29,796 bases of DNA, filler included, from an uncultured virus (IMG/VR IMGVR_UViG_3300005239_002148) (3 parts of one record of this genome joined end to end with filler, not necessarily neighbours in it); one strand, 5' to 3'. Shown: positions 1 to 11,455, numbered from the whole stretch's first letter. The notes: generated by a model from the sequence alone, not told the origin. Numbers and translations: made by a program.

Positions 1-381
1 AGTTGATACACCTAGTTGAACGCCACCATCGAGTAAACCTTTAACGATCTGCCCCATCGGAGTGTCTAATATAAGTGCCTTACCCATCACGTTATTACCG
101 GACCAATTTAGTTCAGTAATGCGATGAGATACTTTGTCTAAGTTTACAGTGGGACCATCTGGATGGTTCAATTCACCGACTGCTCTCTTAGGAATTACTT
201 GTTCTTTGTTATACTTAGCGATTGCTTTTTCCATAATAGCTTTTGGATATATCCGACCATTACGGTTTTTGCTTTCAGCTTGTGCGAAAATACCTTCAAT
301 TACATGATTTTTTCCACCGTTTTCGGTAGCTTCTGTCATATAAGATATTTCTTGATCTTGGTATTCTGCAATTAGTTTCAT
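1..381 (-). CDS. gp21: Prohead core protease (T4 gp21-like), truncated by the window edge
   Basis: Not in the ORF track. Manual translation from ATG at 381: MKLIAEYQDQEISYMTE...VIEGIFAQAESKNRNGRIYP...RAVGELNHPDGPTVNLDKVSHRIT...GKALILDTPMGQIVKGLLDGGVQLGVST. KNRNGRxY, GELxHP and LGVS are gp21 motifs. Confidence 0.96.
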   Translation of the reverse strand, partial: MKLIAEYQDQEISYMTEATENGGKNHVIEGIFAQAESKNRNGRIYPKAIMEKAIAKYNKEQVIPKRAVGELNHPDGPTVNLDKVSHRITELNWSGNNVMGKALILDTPMGQIVKGLLDGGVQLGVST

Positions 382-382
382 T

Positions 383-775
383 TTACCCATTCCAATCGTA
401 ATAAGCTTCTGCTTCTGCATGTGCAGCAACGGATGAAGTATTTGCGTGGTGGGTTACATCTTTCATTCTTTTACCGCCATGAAAATCGTGCATGTACTTC
501 GGATTCTTAGCTAACTTTGCATAATGCTCTGCTGCGTCATTATTCGCATCAGCAGCTACATGATGTGCATGATAGGCATCGCTTCCTTTAGGAAACTGCT
601 CTGAATCCATGTGATGTTGATATGCACGGTCTATATGGTGTGTTTCCATATCGTCAGCAAACTTTTCTACATGTTTAATGTCTTTATGACTTAGCTTAGA
701 ATCGTGTGAACGATTGCGAAGGGGATATTGCGCCGCCTCTTCAATTTCATTTGTAAATTTTTCGAATGTTTTCAT
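383..775 (-). CDS. His-rich hypothetical protein, candidate internal head protein
   Basis: 130 aa if started at ATG 775, which follows GGAGGATAAA and the upstream stop. 16 His by manual count. N-terminus MKTFEKFTNEIEEA. Confidence 0.75.
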   Translation of the reverse strand: MKTFEKFTNEIEEAAQYPLRNRSHDSKLSHKDIKHVEKFADDMETHHIDRAYQHHMDSEQFPKGSDAYHAHHVAADANNDAAEHYAKLAKNPKYMHDFHGGKRMKDVTHHANTSSVAAHAEAEAYYDWNG

Positions 776-776
776 T

Positions 777-1046
777 TTATCCTCCAAGATACCCTACTGG
801 CACTAATTTAACTGTTGTTGCTGCCGCGAATATTTTCTCGTCAGGATTTTTATTTAAGTAAATTACTTCTTTTGGTCCAATAGTAGCAGTTCCAATAGTA
901 ACACCTGCTGCTGTACAACGTGTTACTAAAAGACTAGCAGTATGACTATTAAATACCCTTACACATTTTGCGTTGGAAAGATTGGTTGCAGCTCCATGCG
1001 TAGTAGCCGCATTTACTTCTGAACCCATGAGTGTAACCATTGTCAT
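777..1046 (-). CDS. Hypothetical beta-rich protein in the head cluster
   Basis: 89-aa ORF packed 1 nt from each neighbour, co-oriented, between the core protein and gp21. Confidence 0.75.
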   Translation of the reverse strand: MTMVTLMGSEVNAATTHGAATNLSNAKCVRVFNSHTASLLVTRCTAAGVTIGTATIGPKEVIYLNKNPDEKIFAAATTVKLVPVGYLGG

Positions 1047-1047
1047 A

Positions 1048-1260
1048 TTATCTTCCTTTATACTGCTTAATGAATTCTTTAGCCATTGTCATAGCTTCTT
1101 TTTCATTTGGATATGTGTCTAATTCATCGCCGTCAATCATTGTTTTAAATTTATTATGAGCAAGTTTCTGAATAACCACATTTTTGCGGTCAATTTTTAC
1201 TTTTTTAACTATATTAGAAGCTTCTTTTAAATTAGCTTTTAATTCTTTAAACTTAATCAT
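1048..1260 (-). CDS. Small basic hypothetical protein in the head cluster (gp68-like position)
   Basis: 70-aa Lys-rich ORF with N-terminus MIKFKELKANLKEA. Tightly packed in the operon. Confidence 0.75.
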   Translation of the reverse strand: MIKFKELKANLKEASNIVKKVKIDRKNVVIQKLAHNKFKTMIDGDELDTYPNEKEAMTMAKEFIKQYKGR

Positions 1261-1272
1261 AAATTTTTCTTC

Positions 1273-1485
1273 TTATTCGTTATCATACATTCTAGATGCT
1301 ACATCAATTCTACTTTGTTCGATAGCAGCACTTAATCTATTATTAATCTCACTAGCAAACATGTCACCAGCAGTACTATAATCTTCTTCGTCAACCGAAG
1401 CTACAATAGCTTCAACCGGATTAATTTCAGGCTCTTCAACTTCATAATTTTCGTCATTTAGTTCATTTTCAAATTCGTCGCTCAT
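1273..1485 (-). CDS. Acidic prohead core protein (gp67-like)
   Basis: Very acidic helical protein (MSDEFENELNDENYEVEEPEINPVEAIVASV...FASEINNRLSAAIEQSRIDVASRMY). It is first after a late promoter and lies upstream of gp21. Start at ATG 1485 follows GGAG; the track uses 1497. Confidence 0.65.
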   Translation of the reverse strand: MSDEFENELNDENYEVEEPEINPVEAIVASVDEEDYSTAGDMFASEINNRLSAAIEQSRIDVASRMYDNE

Positions 1486-1508
1486 TGTATTCTCCACTTA
1501 TTTACTTG

Positions 1509-1516
1509 TATTTATA
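1509..1516 (-). promoter_or_regulatory. T4-type late promoter TATAAATA
   Basis: Exact TATAAATA on the minus strand, intergenic, upstream of the core-protein/gp21 cluster. Confidence 0.85.
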
Positions 1517-1552
1517 CATTTTAAAATTTTAAATCTGTTTATATAGTTATAT

Positions 1553-1640
1553 TTTACCCTTGCGCAGTGGCGATGGTTCAGCTCAGAGCAGAAGCTGCTG
1601 GAGCCTGAGCTGCCTGCGTTTCAATTTCTTGTTGTGCAGC
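1553..1640 (-). CDS. Probable low-complexity C-terminal tail of an upstream gene, likely portal gp20 (fragment)
   Basis: Reads AAQQEIETQAAQAPAAS... out of the gap. The gp20 assignment rests only on T4-like gene order (gp20-gp67-gp68-gp21). Confidence 0.35.
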
Positions 1641-1740
1641 NNNNNNNNNNNNNNNNNNNNNNNNNNNNNNNNNNNNNNNNNNNNTTAATTAATTAANNNN
1701 NNNNNNNNNNNNNNNNNNNNNNNNNNNNNNNNNNNNNNNN
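1641..1740. other. Artificial contig linker (N run with TTAATTAATTAA at 1685-1696)
   Basis: Six-frame-stop palindromic spacer embedded in Ns. The same motif recurs at 28309-28320. Confidence 0.95.
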
Positions 1741-3353
1741 TAGACTCCTCCTCTAGAAAGTGTCCAGATTTTATTATGAAATGGAAAGTATGCTGTAAAA
1801 GAAGCAACCCCACTGTGGCCAGCGTTCCACGCGCGAGTTGGAGTGCCGCCGGTAGCTTTACCACTCGCCGACGTATACATAGTGACGCTAGGAGTGGTTA
1901 TAATAGTTCCACCATACGTGCTGCAGTTGGGTGGAAATATATTTTGGGCTGTATTAATATTACCGCACGAGAAGCTCATATTGTTACCATCGTATTGGCC
2001 ATACCAGATCATCTTATCGACATTGAAAGTAGAGCCATCGTATGCATTAAAACCAGCTGCTGAGCCATTTCCTCCTCCTGAGCCAGAAATAGTACCAGCT
2101 GCAGTAATTGTACAAACCGAATCGCCAAAATTATCAAAAATTTGAGTTGCTGTAGATCCGCTTCCAGTACCAGTCGCTGTTCTTTGAAGTGTAGTAACTC
2201 CTAAACCAGGTGATATTTCCTGGTTCACACCGCTATCAACAACATTTAAAGTTATAGATCCCGCAAGTGGAACAGTACCGCTACCTGCAAAATAATCACT
2301 TAATTTAATATTCTCACCTGCTAAATTTCTTCCGTATTCTCCTTGAATTGAAGTTTCTTTTGTAGCAACATATACTGGAGTAAAATTTTGAAGTCCAAAT
2401 ACTGTTGGAAGACTGGCTGCATAACTAGAAAAACTGCTATTACCTGTAGTACTTCTAAATTTAAATCCACCTGTACTAATAGTAGTTGCGTCGGTATCTG
2501 TATATTCATCTTTAACTAACTCATTACCGATAAACCAATCTTTATATGCATTTCTTTTAGCAGCAATTTCTATTTTATAAGTAGATGCGCCGCTTACATC
2601 TGCTAGTCTCTCGGTTTTAAGGTAAGTTGTGATTGGTTCTCCGTCGTCAAGCGCAACTCTTAATCCTACTCCATAATCTGTAAATCCAACTTCTTGACCA
2701 ATAGGATTTGTAACACTACCTGGTGTTATTCCGAGAGCAGTTAAAGCCTGCGTGAATATACTATTCATACTGGTCGCTTGATGATTACCAGCTACTGTCG
2801 AAAATCCAGTATTTGAATTAGTATTATCAAATGAGATATAACCAAGGCCATCTAATAAATTTAATTTAAATCCATATTGACTATTAGTTGCTGCAGTGTC
2901 TGTAGTAAGTTGTCCTCCCATAGCACTGTGGTTTATGCAATAATAATAAAGCGCGGGCGCTCCAATAGCTACTGTTATTTGAGTATATGCACCAGCTGAT
3001 CCTGGAGATCCTACAGATGTTACTCCAGTTGTATATTCGATTCCTCCACCATGCGTTCCGTTCGATGTAGTTGAAAACCGTAATGGATGCCCTGCGTTTG
3101 TTGCAGAAGATTGATCAAATACATACGTATTTCCTTCTATTAGATTTATAGTAGGCGCCGGCCCAGCAGCATCTATATAATATCTATTTCCTACTCCTGG
3201 ATTCGAAACAGTTATTGCAAGAGAAGTTTTAGGCATAGACCATTGTATAACAAACCCACCGTTTACCACATCTGCTTCTGACGTGATAGATCCAATGGAT
3301 CCATATGAATCATTACCACCAAGACTTAAAAGCCCGCTTGCAATTAATGCCAT
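1741..3353 (-). CDS. Tail-fibre-associated adhesin/structural protein with a cupredoxin-like module, 3' truncated by the gap
   Basis: Gly/Ser/Thr-rich protein of >530 aa, translationally coupled to the S74 fibre. Contains TYVFDQSSATNAGHPLRFS...LYYYCINHSAMGG. Confidence 0.75.
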
Positions 3354-4609
3354 TATTGATTTTCCAATTTTTTAATCTTGGTATTTAAATCTTTAATTGC
3401 TTCAATTAATACTCCAACTAAAGATCCATATGATACAGTTTTAAAACCATCTTCTCCAGTAGTAACTACTTCAGGAACAATTTGTTCCATTTCTTGAGCA
3501 ATTACTCCAATTTTATGTGATTCACCAATGTCAAATGAGACACCTCTCATATTAATGACTTTATCTAATCCGTTATCAATAGTTTGAATATTGGATTTTA
3601 ATCTCTCATCAGAAGTAATCATAAAATCTTGAGCTATATACGTATGTGTCTCATCTAATTCAGATGATCCAACTGCGTTAGGAGATATTGATCTACGAAT
3701 AATAGCATCATCCGCTATTTTTGCTTCAATAACTGCTAAATTTCTAATTTTACTTGTAATTATAGCATCATCAGTTATAGTAGCACTGTCTACAAAAACC
3801 CAATTTGCTGTAGTGCCATCAGTACCTAAAACCTTTCCATTATGTCCAGCCTGATCAGGTACAGCAGCTCCTGGAGCTAACATTCCAGCCGTCACTTGAA
3901 GTGAACTTAAATTTCCAATGCTATCTCTTCCAAGAACTCTATCTGCACCAATTACTAAATCTGTCGGTCCAGCCGTGCCGCCAGTAGCATTTACTTTAAC
4001 TGTATTCGCCGGCATATTAGCTAGCTTATCATTAGTTACTTGATCATCCGATATCATAGCAGTTTGAATTTGCACTTCTTCAACTGTGCCAGCTGTTGTT
4101 TTACCAAGAACTCTATTTGCAGTTACGATGTCTTGCATTTTATCATAGGTTACAACATCGGGCTGAATTGTAACAACACCAGCATTTGTCATAAGAACAT
4201 CTTGAGATAAAGCAGCAGATGTGAAACCAGTTCCATCACCAATTAAAATTTGCTCATTAGTAACAGCTTTATTTGATGATGCTCCAGCCGTTCCTGAATC
4301 TCTTACTTTAATAGTATTAGCTGGCATATCTTCTAACATAAGACCACCAGCTTCTTGAGTTAATCCATGGCCAGCCGAAACCGAAAATTGGCCAGTTGAA
4401 TCGCCAGGAGTATTTTTGGCTATTCCATTACCAGCAGTATATGATCTTCTTATATTATACATGGTATTTAAAGCTGCAACAATATTAGAATCAGTACTGA
4501 TTCCACCAGCTAAATTATCTAAGTCTCCAAGATAATCGGCTGTAAGATTAGTTTTTTGTCTCCAACTGTTAATTGTGTCGCTTAACGTGATGTTTACTTG
4601 TCTAGACAT
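3353..4609 (-). CDS. Tail fibre protein with C-terminal intramolecular chaperone (peptidase S74) domain
   Basis: C-terminus SDERLKSNIQTIDNGLDKVINMRGVSF...IGVIAQEMEQIVPEVV...VSYGSLVGVLIEAIKDL is the S74 signature. Shaft repeats MPANTIKV/MPANTVKV and VTYDKM/VTNDKL. Confidence 0.9.
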   Translation of the reverse strand: MSRQVNITLSDTINSWRQKTNLTADYLGDLDNLAGGISTDSNIVAALNTMYNIRRSYTAGNGIAKNTPGDSTGQFSVSAGHGLTQEAGGLMLEDMPANTIKVRDSGTAGASSNKAVTNEQILIGDGTGFTSAALSQDVLMTNAGVVTIQPDVVTYDKMQDIVTANRVLGKTTAGTVEEVQIQTAMISDDQVTNDKLANMPANTVKVNATGGTAGPTDLVIGADRVLGRDSIGNLSSLQVTAGMLAPGAAVPDQAGHNGKVLGTDGTTANWVFVDSATITDDAIITSKIRNLAVIEAKIADDAIIRRSISPNAVGSSELDETHTYIAQDFMITSDERLKSNIQTIDNGLDKVINMRGVSFDIGESHKIGVIAQEMEQIVPEVVTTGEDGFKTVSYGSLVGVLIEAIKDLNTKIKKLENQ

Positions 4610-4832
4610 CTGATTCTACCATCTTCTTTGTTAATTGTGATAACATCTGTTTTATTTCGCTTACATCATTTTTTAATTCAATTATTTCTTTTTCTTGAGC
4701 AATATTACGCTGTTTTTTCATCCTAGCCTTATTTATAGAGTCATCATCAATATTTATGATTGCACCTGATGACAAATCTTTAACTAGATTTGGATGACCA
4801 TCAATTTTTACACAATTTATTCTACTTTTCAA
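4602..4832 (-). CDS. Small hypothetical protein with C-terminal coiled coil
   Basis: 76 aa, VKIDGHPNLVKDLSSGAIIN followed by a coiled coil (LKNDVSEIKQMLSQL). Resembles the small ORF that typically follows DUF4815-type genes in marine T4-like phages. Confidence 0.8.
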   Translation of the reverse strand: MKSRINCVKIDGHPNLVKDLSSGAIINIDDDSINKARMKKQRNIAQEKEIIELKNDVSEIKQMLSQLTKKMVESDV

Positions 4833-4834
4833 TT

Positions 4835-7800
4835 TTAAACACCTAACGCTATAACTCTTAAATCTTTGACTGTCGGAACCTTTGAATTATTATTAGCATA
4901 AAATACGATTTTAACTTGAAATGTAGTAAATGCTGCAAGATCTCCTGCATCTCCGCCAATAAGATAGCGATATTCTTTATATGAATAAATGTTGTCTGAA
5001 ATAGAAACTGGCGCTTCAAGCTCAGCCAATGTCCAATCAATGTCTGTTAATATAGTATCTTCAGTTCCTGTTTTATAATATACATCAATTAAGGATCCAG
5101 TTGGTCTATTACCGGCTAACATAACTTTAAGACCAACAGCAGCCGATGTCAATGTCACTGGCTTGGTGATATGTTTAGATAAAGCACTTCCGCTAAATGG
5201 TGTGGTTTCAGCCGCAAAATCAAATACTACATTTTTACCGGTGGGTAGGGGATACTAAATGCTNNNNNNNNNNNNNNNNNNNNATTTGCTATCATTATAG
5301 GATTTTCAAAATAATTTTTTCTATTTAATGCAATGTCTATATATCCACTTGCAGGCGCTTGATAAGGAGTTTCTAAAGCAACATTAGAATATCCAGTGTA
5401 TATTCTAGCTTTAGGAATCATGCTAGTGTTATTCGGATTCAGTGTTTGAACAATTGGATATAAAGTACTACCTTGAATATTTTTTGCAGATACTACTGCA
5501 GAGCCACCGCCTCGTGCTGCTGATGTAGCAGATCCTGTTGCAAGAGTAAATTTAAATCCAGTTGGATCTATATGAGTTATATCATGAGTAACATTTAATT
5601 CTGCAGCAGTAACACCACCAGTTGCAGTCGCGCCTGATATGGCGACTTTATCATTAACAGCTAAATTATGATGTCTTTGATGAACTCTAACTGAAGTAGG
5701 AGCTGTAGTATTTGTTTCAATAGGATTAGGTGATAAATTTGCAAGCGGTAAATCTGCATTATTAAGTTGAGCAATTGCTTGTATATTAGTAGCAAAATCA
5801 GCTCTATATAATGTAAATTTCATATCTTGTTCTTGAGAAGCTTCCCACGTGGAAGCATTTTGAGATTTAAAGAAAGATCCCAAAAACGGCTGCTTAGTAA
5901 TTCTTCTAGATGTAGATCCTAATTCGAAGTCACCCATGAATGATGTCCATAGTAAATAATCAGTATTATCACATATACATACAACTGCATATTCAGTTGT
6001 ACCAGACAAATAAATCGGCTCATCAAAAGTAAATGTTGTTGGAAGCGATGCGTCATCAGAAATTGCAACATCACCTGGAGATAAATATTTTCTAGATCCA
6101 GGTACAACTGTATTTGACGCTGGATAGCCATTTACAAGAGGCCTTAATTCAATCCATACTGGTAATGTAGCATGTTTTGTTTTAAAATATAAATCAATTT
6201 TAGTTGCAAATATGCCTTCATCTTGAAGAATAAAAAATGATTGAGCTAATGGATCAGAATTTGGGCCATCTGAATTAGCGATAGTCCGCATCAGCTCCTC
6301 ATTGGTCTGCCGCCGCCGTGAACCGGTCACTCTTCTACTTGTACTAGTAACTCTACCACCAACAATTGTAAGATGTCGAGTTGATAATATTTCTTCTTGC
6401 CAAGTCTGTAGAGCACCAGAAGCGTTATATGAGGCTATTGCTGATGATCCCGGAACTCCGCCATTATCAATAATTTCAGTAACATCAAGAAGTTTAAATT
6501 CAGAATTTCCCGTTCTAAATTTAATAGTACTATTATTTGGAATAAAGAAAGTTCCAGAAATTATTCCTAAAGCATTACTTAATAATACTCCTGGGCCATC
6601 TGGATGTTGAGTAAAATTATTAGGCGATTCATATTCAATTCTTGAAGAATTAATTCTATCAAAAGATCCAGTGCTCTTTACAAAGTTATCCATTTTTATA
6701 TCATTAAAATAAGCAAAATGATAAGCATTAGGTCTAAGACCAACTGCTTCGAAACTAACTCTTCTACTTCTCATAAATGGTATCACCGCGACATCAATAA
6801 TTTTTGAACCTAAAGATGTTCGAATAGTTTCGGATGCAACAACTCTATTTACAATTGAACTTGTGGTTTGATCGAATCCCCATACAGTTAAATTGCCAGC
6901 ACGTTGAGTAAATGATCTGCTAGATGAAGTGGTGGTTCCTGCTACTCTAGTAGCATCACCTACTTCTAATCCTTCAATATCGTTACCTAACCAACCCCAT
7001 TCAGATTGATCAAACATTACAGCCTGATTAGTATTCAAACGTGTCCCGCCATCAATAATTTTTGCTGCAGCGTGTTGATCTACTTTCCATTCATCTGATT
7101 GAGGAGACAATGTTATCGACCCAAAATATTCAGAAACCATAAATGGATTAACGTTTTCAGTTCTTGATACCACATTTTGTGTAATATATTCAACCTCAGT
7201 ATGCTTAATATAAACGTTATCGCCTTTTAAAACTGTATCAGGAGTTACTACTCCACCTACTACCCGGGTAGAAGAATTTGCAGCATCATAAATAAGTCCA
7301 ACATTATATTCGGTAAATGCGGGGTGTAGTGTCATAGTTTTTGGATTAATAGAAGCTCTATATTCTACGTTATCTACATCAGCATGAAAAAGATCTTTAA
7401 AGTTATCAACCAAAAATCCAGACTTAGTCCTATTATTACCGGCTTCATCAGTAATTTCAAGTGTATTAGTGTCAAGTTCTAATAGGCTAAGAGCTACACT
7501 CTCTTCAAGCAAATCAACTCGTTTATCGATTTTACCAATATCTTTCATGGTATAACCTTTGTTTTCAATAAACTTAACGATCATATCAGATGAATTGATT
7601 GTACCGCCATTTAAAGATGATCTATACAATTCTAAAGTTTTAGGCGGTAAAGCTGGTAATGAAGGAATATCACTTGGAGTTCCTTCTAAATTAAGAATAT
7701 TGCCGTCATCAGCAATAACAATTCGGTCTTGTCTTGGAAGATAATGCTCGATTCTAACATTTATGAGTGTATCATTTTGAGGCAACTCGTTAACTACACC

Positions 7801-9974
7801 ACCAGTTGCTCCACCAGTGTCATCAAATGTTCCATCAGCTTTTTTGGCTGATCTGAAGTCTATTACGTCTCTAAGTTGAACTACTGTTCCATCTCTCATA
7901 ATATATTCTGGAATATCGCCATACGCTGCAGGAAGATTAGGATAAGATCCAACCGCAAAACATACTCCAGCTCCATGTTGATAATATGTAAATTCAACAT
8001 AAACATCACCTGTAAGACCACTTGTAGATTTTCTTATTAATTTTCCAAGACCATAAAAGCCATCTCGCTGACCGTCATCAACTACAAATTGATCACTTAC
8101 ATCTGCACCGCTTGAAGATCCGGCTTTATCATTGTTACTGCATAATATCATTTTGATCTAATCAACTGTACCAATACCACCACTTACAGAAATAGCAATT
8201 GTTTTTGCTGATTAGGAGAGATTGTTTTTGATCTTACAGAAATATTACTTGATTTTTTAACGTAAGCTAAAACTTCTATATCATTGGTATCATCCATTGG
8301 CAACCCTGATAACAGAATTGTTTGAAAACCTGGCGATCCTATTGTTGCTGCTGTTGTAACTGTTCCACCTTGCATTATAATCCAATCACCAGTATTATCA
8401 AATACTTCTCCAGAAAGTGCTGTAAGTGTTATGGAATTACTTGAAGGTGTTCCAGTAAATTTTCTCATTACTGTTAAATCAGCAATTGCGATATCTTTTG
8501 GTCTTTTATAAGGAACTTCAAAGAATAAATTATTATCATTTGCTTCTTTAATAACTGCGCCGGCCGGAGTACCTTCTAGGACTAATGTTGAGCGGTTGGT
8601 TGTATTTTCACCAATTTTAACTGCATCTCTAAAGCTATTTGTACCTGTCATTACTACATCAAATATAAAGACTCTAAAATTAGAACCGAATGACGCAGGA
8701 GCATCTACGTGACGCACTCTACAAGTTCCTAACACTGAATCATCGGCCTTGTAAATATTCACTGCTGGAAATGTAGTTTTTTGATTTCCGCCTGGAGAAT
8801 CCATAGGTAATGCACCGACAAATGCCGATACAATTACATAACTTCCGTATTCTGCAGGAATAGAACTAATATCGCCAGTTGAAGTATTTCCAGCAAAGGT
8901 AGTTGCTTTATTAACCGAAATCTGTGTTCGAGTCGGCCTATTAATTCTATGCCCATTTACGTATGCTTTACCTGGACTTAATACTGCATTAAGTGTTGAA
9001 GCTGATCCAGAATCATATGTTAAATAAAATGGATCTACTACATAATCACCAGACTCTTCAGCAGTTCTTTGAGCAATTAAATCATTAATTTTATTATATT
9101 GATTAAAACCAGTTGCTTGTTCGACTATTACAGAATTAACTATATTTGCGATAAACACGAATGAATCTAGATCCGGTGTAACTGGTTTAACTGCCAGTGT
9201 TAGAGTTATTCTATAACGGTCGGCTCCAGGAGCTGCAATATTTGGAAATTGTCCTTGATTATCAAATAGCGATTCATCATCACTCGCTGTGACAATATCT
9301 TGAACTGCATTAAAGCCTACAATTCCAGTAAAATTATTACTATACTTTGAAATAATTATTGATTGTGCTCGAGCATAACAAAAATGACCTTGGGTGAAAT
9401 AATCACCGGCGGCAACTGATAGTCTTACACCCTGACCGTACGATGGATTTGCGGTAGTATGGTTAGCTTTAATTTTATATGACTCACTACCATTGTCTAT
9501 TTGAATCGTTTCATCTGGTAAAAATTTTAATGTAGATGTTCCAGCGGTTTGTGACCCTCCACTTCGATACATAATATATAAAGTCGGAGGATTTGCTACA
9601 GTGCCGTCTCCATCTTCTCTAGTAATAATTTCAGCGCTGACACCAGAAGTTAATCCATTAAAAATAGCACCTGGTACAGCTAAAGAGCTTTCGGCAAATG
9701 TTGTTGTAGGTCCCTGTAAAACTCCGGGTTGCAATTTCACAAATTCTATTTTAGGATGAAGTGTAATTCCACCTGGATTAACCATCGCTCCTTCTTTAAA
9801 GATATTCCGACCAAACCTCTCCATATCTTTTTGAATTATAGTTTGCGATTGAGTTAATTCTCTTGCTTGTAGCGGTCTACGCGGATTAAAAAGAATTCTT
9901 TTATATCCTGCACTATCGGAAAAATCATCCTTATAGGTAGAACTCATTAAGTTTTCTGAAAAGCTTATTGTCAT
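4835..9974 (-). CDS. Large virion structural protein (DUF4815 / VrlC-like); one gene broken into ORFs 8184..9974, 5227..8151 and 4835..5158
   Basis: N-terminal YKDDF...YKRILFNPRRPLQARELTQSQ, APGADRY, KSGFLVDNF, DPLAQSF, GSFFKSQNASTWEASQEQDMKF, and C-terminal PTVKDLRVIAL. The break at ~8120-8210 is repaired by restoring homopolymer bases. The break at ~5230-5283 lies at an N gap, and the last frame extends upstream as AAETTPFSGSALSKHITKPVTL. Confidence 0.85.
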
Positions 9975-9989
9975 GTTATTACTCTACTC

Positions 9990-11397
9990 TTATAGTTGGA
10001 TTATTACTTTAATGTCTTCAGATTGATTAGCAGCACGCATCACTGGCACGCGATTATCTATATATAAAACTTCACCAGATAGTCTATTTACTTCACCTTG
10101 ATTATCGTGTGTTAAAATCACACCTTCACCATTTCCGTTTGTTTCTTGAATGTTTTCACCAGAACTAAAATTCTTAAAACCTGTTTCAGGACTTTGATGA
10201 TAATGTATTCTTGTGCCAAGTGCAACACTTGAATCTACATTATCAATATAAGCTTTTGCGCCACTACTTACACCTTCAATAATTTTATCTTTATTAAAGG
10301 CAACAGCATATGATGCTAACTTTATATTTCTAGATACTAAACCAGTAAGTGAAGAAAAATCCCCTTCCGAGTCTCCAGCACTAGGATTTTTAATAAGACC
10401 AACTTGTCTAAAATCTTGAGATAAAGTAAAATCTTCATCGTTATCTAAAATTTTACTTCTAAACATTAATGCAGTAGATTTTAAATCTTTGCGAGCATCT
10501 TTACCAAATCCAGGTCTTGGACCAACGACTGCTCTTGCAGTAGCACTGTCTCCACCAACTCCATCAGGGGGGGATTTTAATTTCAGCAAAATCGTAACTA
10601 TCTAGATAGTTTAAAGTAGTTCCTGTTCTGCGGGAATTAATTCCTGTAATAGTACCAGCAGATGAATCTATAATAGCTTCAAGATACACATTAGCAGAAT
10701 CGCCATATGTCAATGTACCATTCCCACGAACATCAAAACTAGGCATTGCGGATGTGGTTCCATACCCACTACCGCCATTAGTGATAACAAATGAAGTAAT
10801 TCTTCCAGGAACAGCATTTTGCTGAATTTCCCATTGCTTAAGTTCAATGCCAGTTGAATTTGAATCGGGTGCAGTCTCTTGCACATGAACTGGCATATAC
10901 TGAGATGACAAGAAATAATTAGCTTTCAGTGCGCTAATGGTATAAATAAATTTCCATACATAACCATCAGACAATTCAAACGGGTCTACGTTTGATCTAT
11001 CTGGTTTTACAAGTGATGGTTGAGCGACACCCTGTCTATTTTTACCGGTTCTTAAGCAAATATATACGCCATAATTATCTGTTAAAACGTAATATCTTTT
11101 TCCAACAGATAGAGTGCCGGACCGCTGATCATCCCATTGTGGATAAATTGTTCCATACACCCAATCCTGCCTTGGTACAACAAAAGAAGCAGCCTCTACC
11201 TTTTTAATAGATTGCAGTCGTTCTTTAAAATCTATTACATCAAATTTAGAATTAATTGGAGTAGTAGCTGCATCGTTACTATCCCAAATTTCAGATCTTC
11301 CAATACCGATATAATATTCTGTGCCTGAGGTATTATAATCTGCTAATAGAGATTCTAGAATGTTAAATTTTAAATCATCAGTGACGATAGCTGTCAT
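9990..11397 (-). CDS. gp8: Baseplate wedge subunit gp8-like, with a frameshift at the C7 run near 10567-10573
   Basis: YYIGIGRS, VVPRQDWVYGTIYPQWDD, YYVLTDNYGVYICL, DGYVWKFIYTI, then (second ORF) DFRQVGLIKNP and SGEVLYIDNRVPVMRAANQSEDIKVIIQL. Confidence 0.9.
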
Positions 11398-11455
11398 ATT
11401 TCTTTCCTAACTTAATACATATTCAAATTGCAATACTAAAAATATTAATTTTTGT

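Noticed and set aside
163..375. Plus-strand ORF 163..375 and other antisense or off-frame ORFs (1184, 1776, 1843, 2321, 4858, 5919, 6302, 7559, 10992, 11137, 15250, 19193, 20129, 20726, 21085, 25297, 27336, 28630)
   Set aside because: Shadow ORFs lying over well-supported genes, with no recognisable motifs.
1685..1696. TTAATTAATTAA palindrome, repeated at 28309-28320
   Set aside because: Embedded in N runs and carries stops in all six frames, so it is an artificial contig linker. Adjacency across it is not evidence of gene order, and the neck/terminase/sheath genes are probably just unsequenced.
8110..8215. Split of the DUF4815 gene into separate genes or a pseudogene
   Set aside because: Several single-base losses in short runs are clustered here, and restoring them gives continuous protein-like sequence. 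Low-quality sequence.
10560..10590. Frameshift at a C7 run in gp8 as phase variation or programmed slippage
   Set aside because: Both halves are needed for an essential wedge protein, and homopolymer indels occur throughout this sequence. A sequencing error is simplest.
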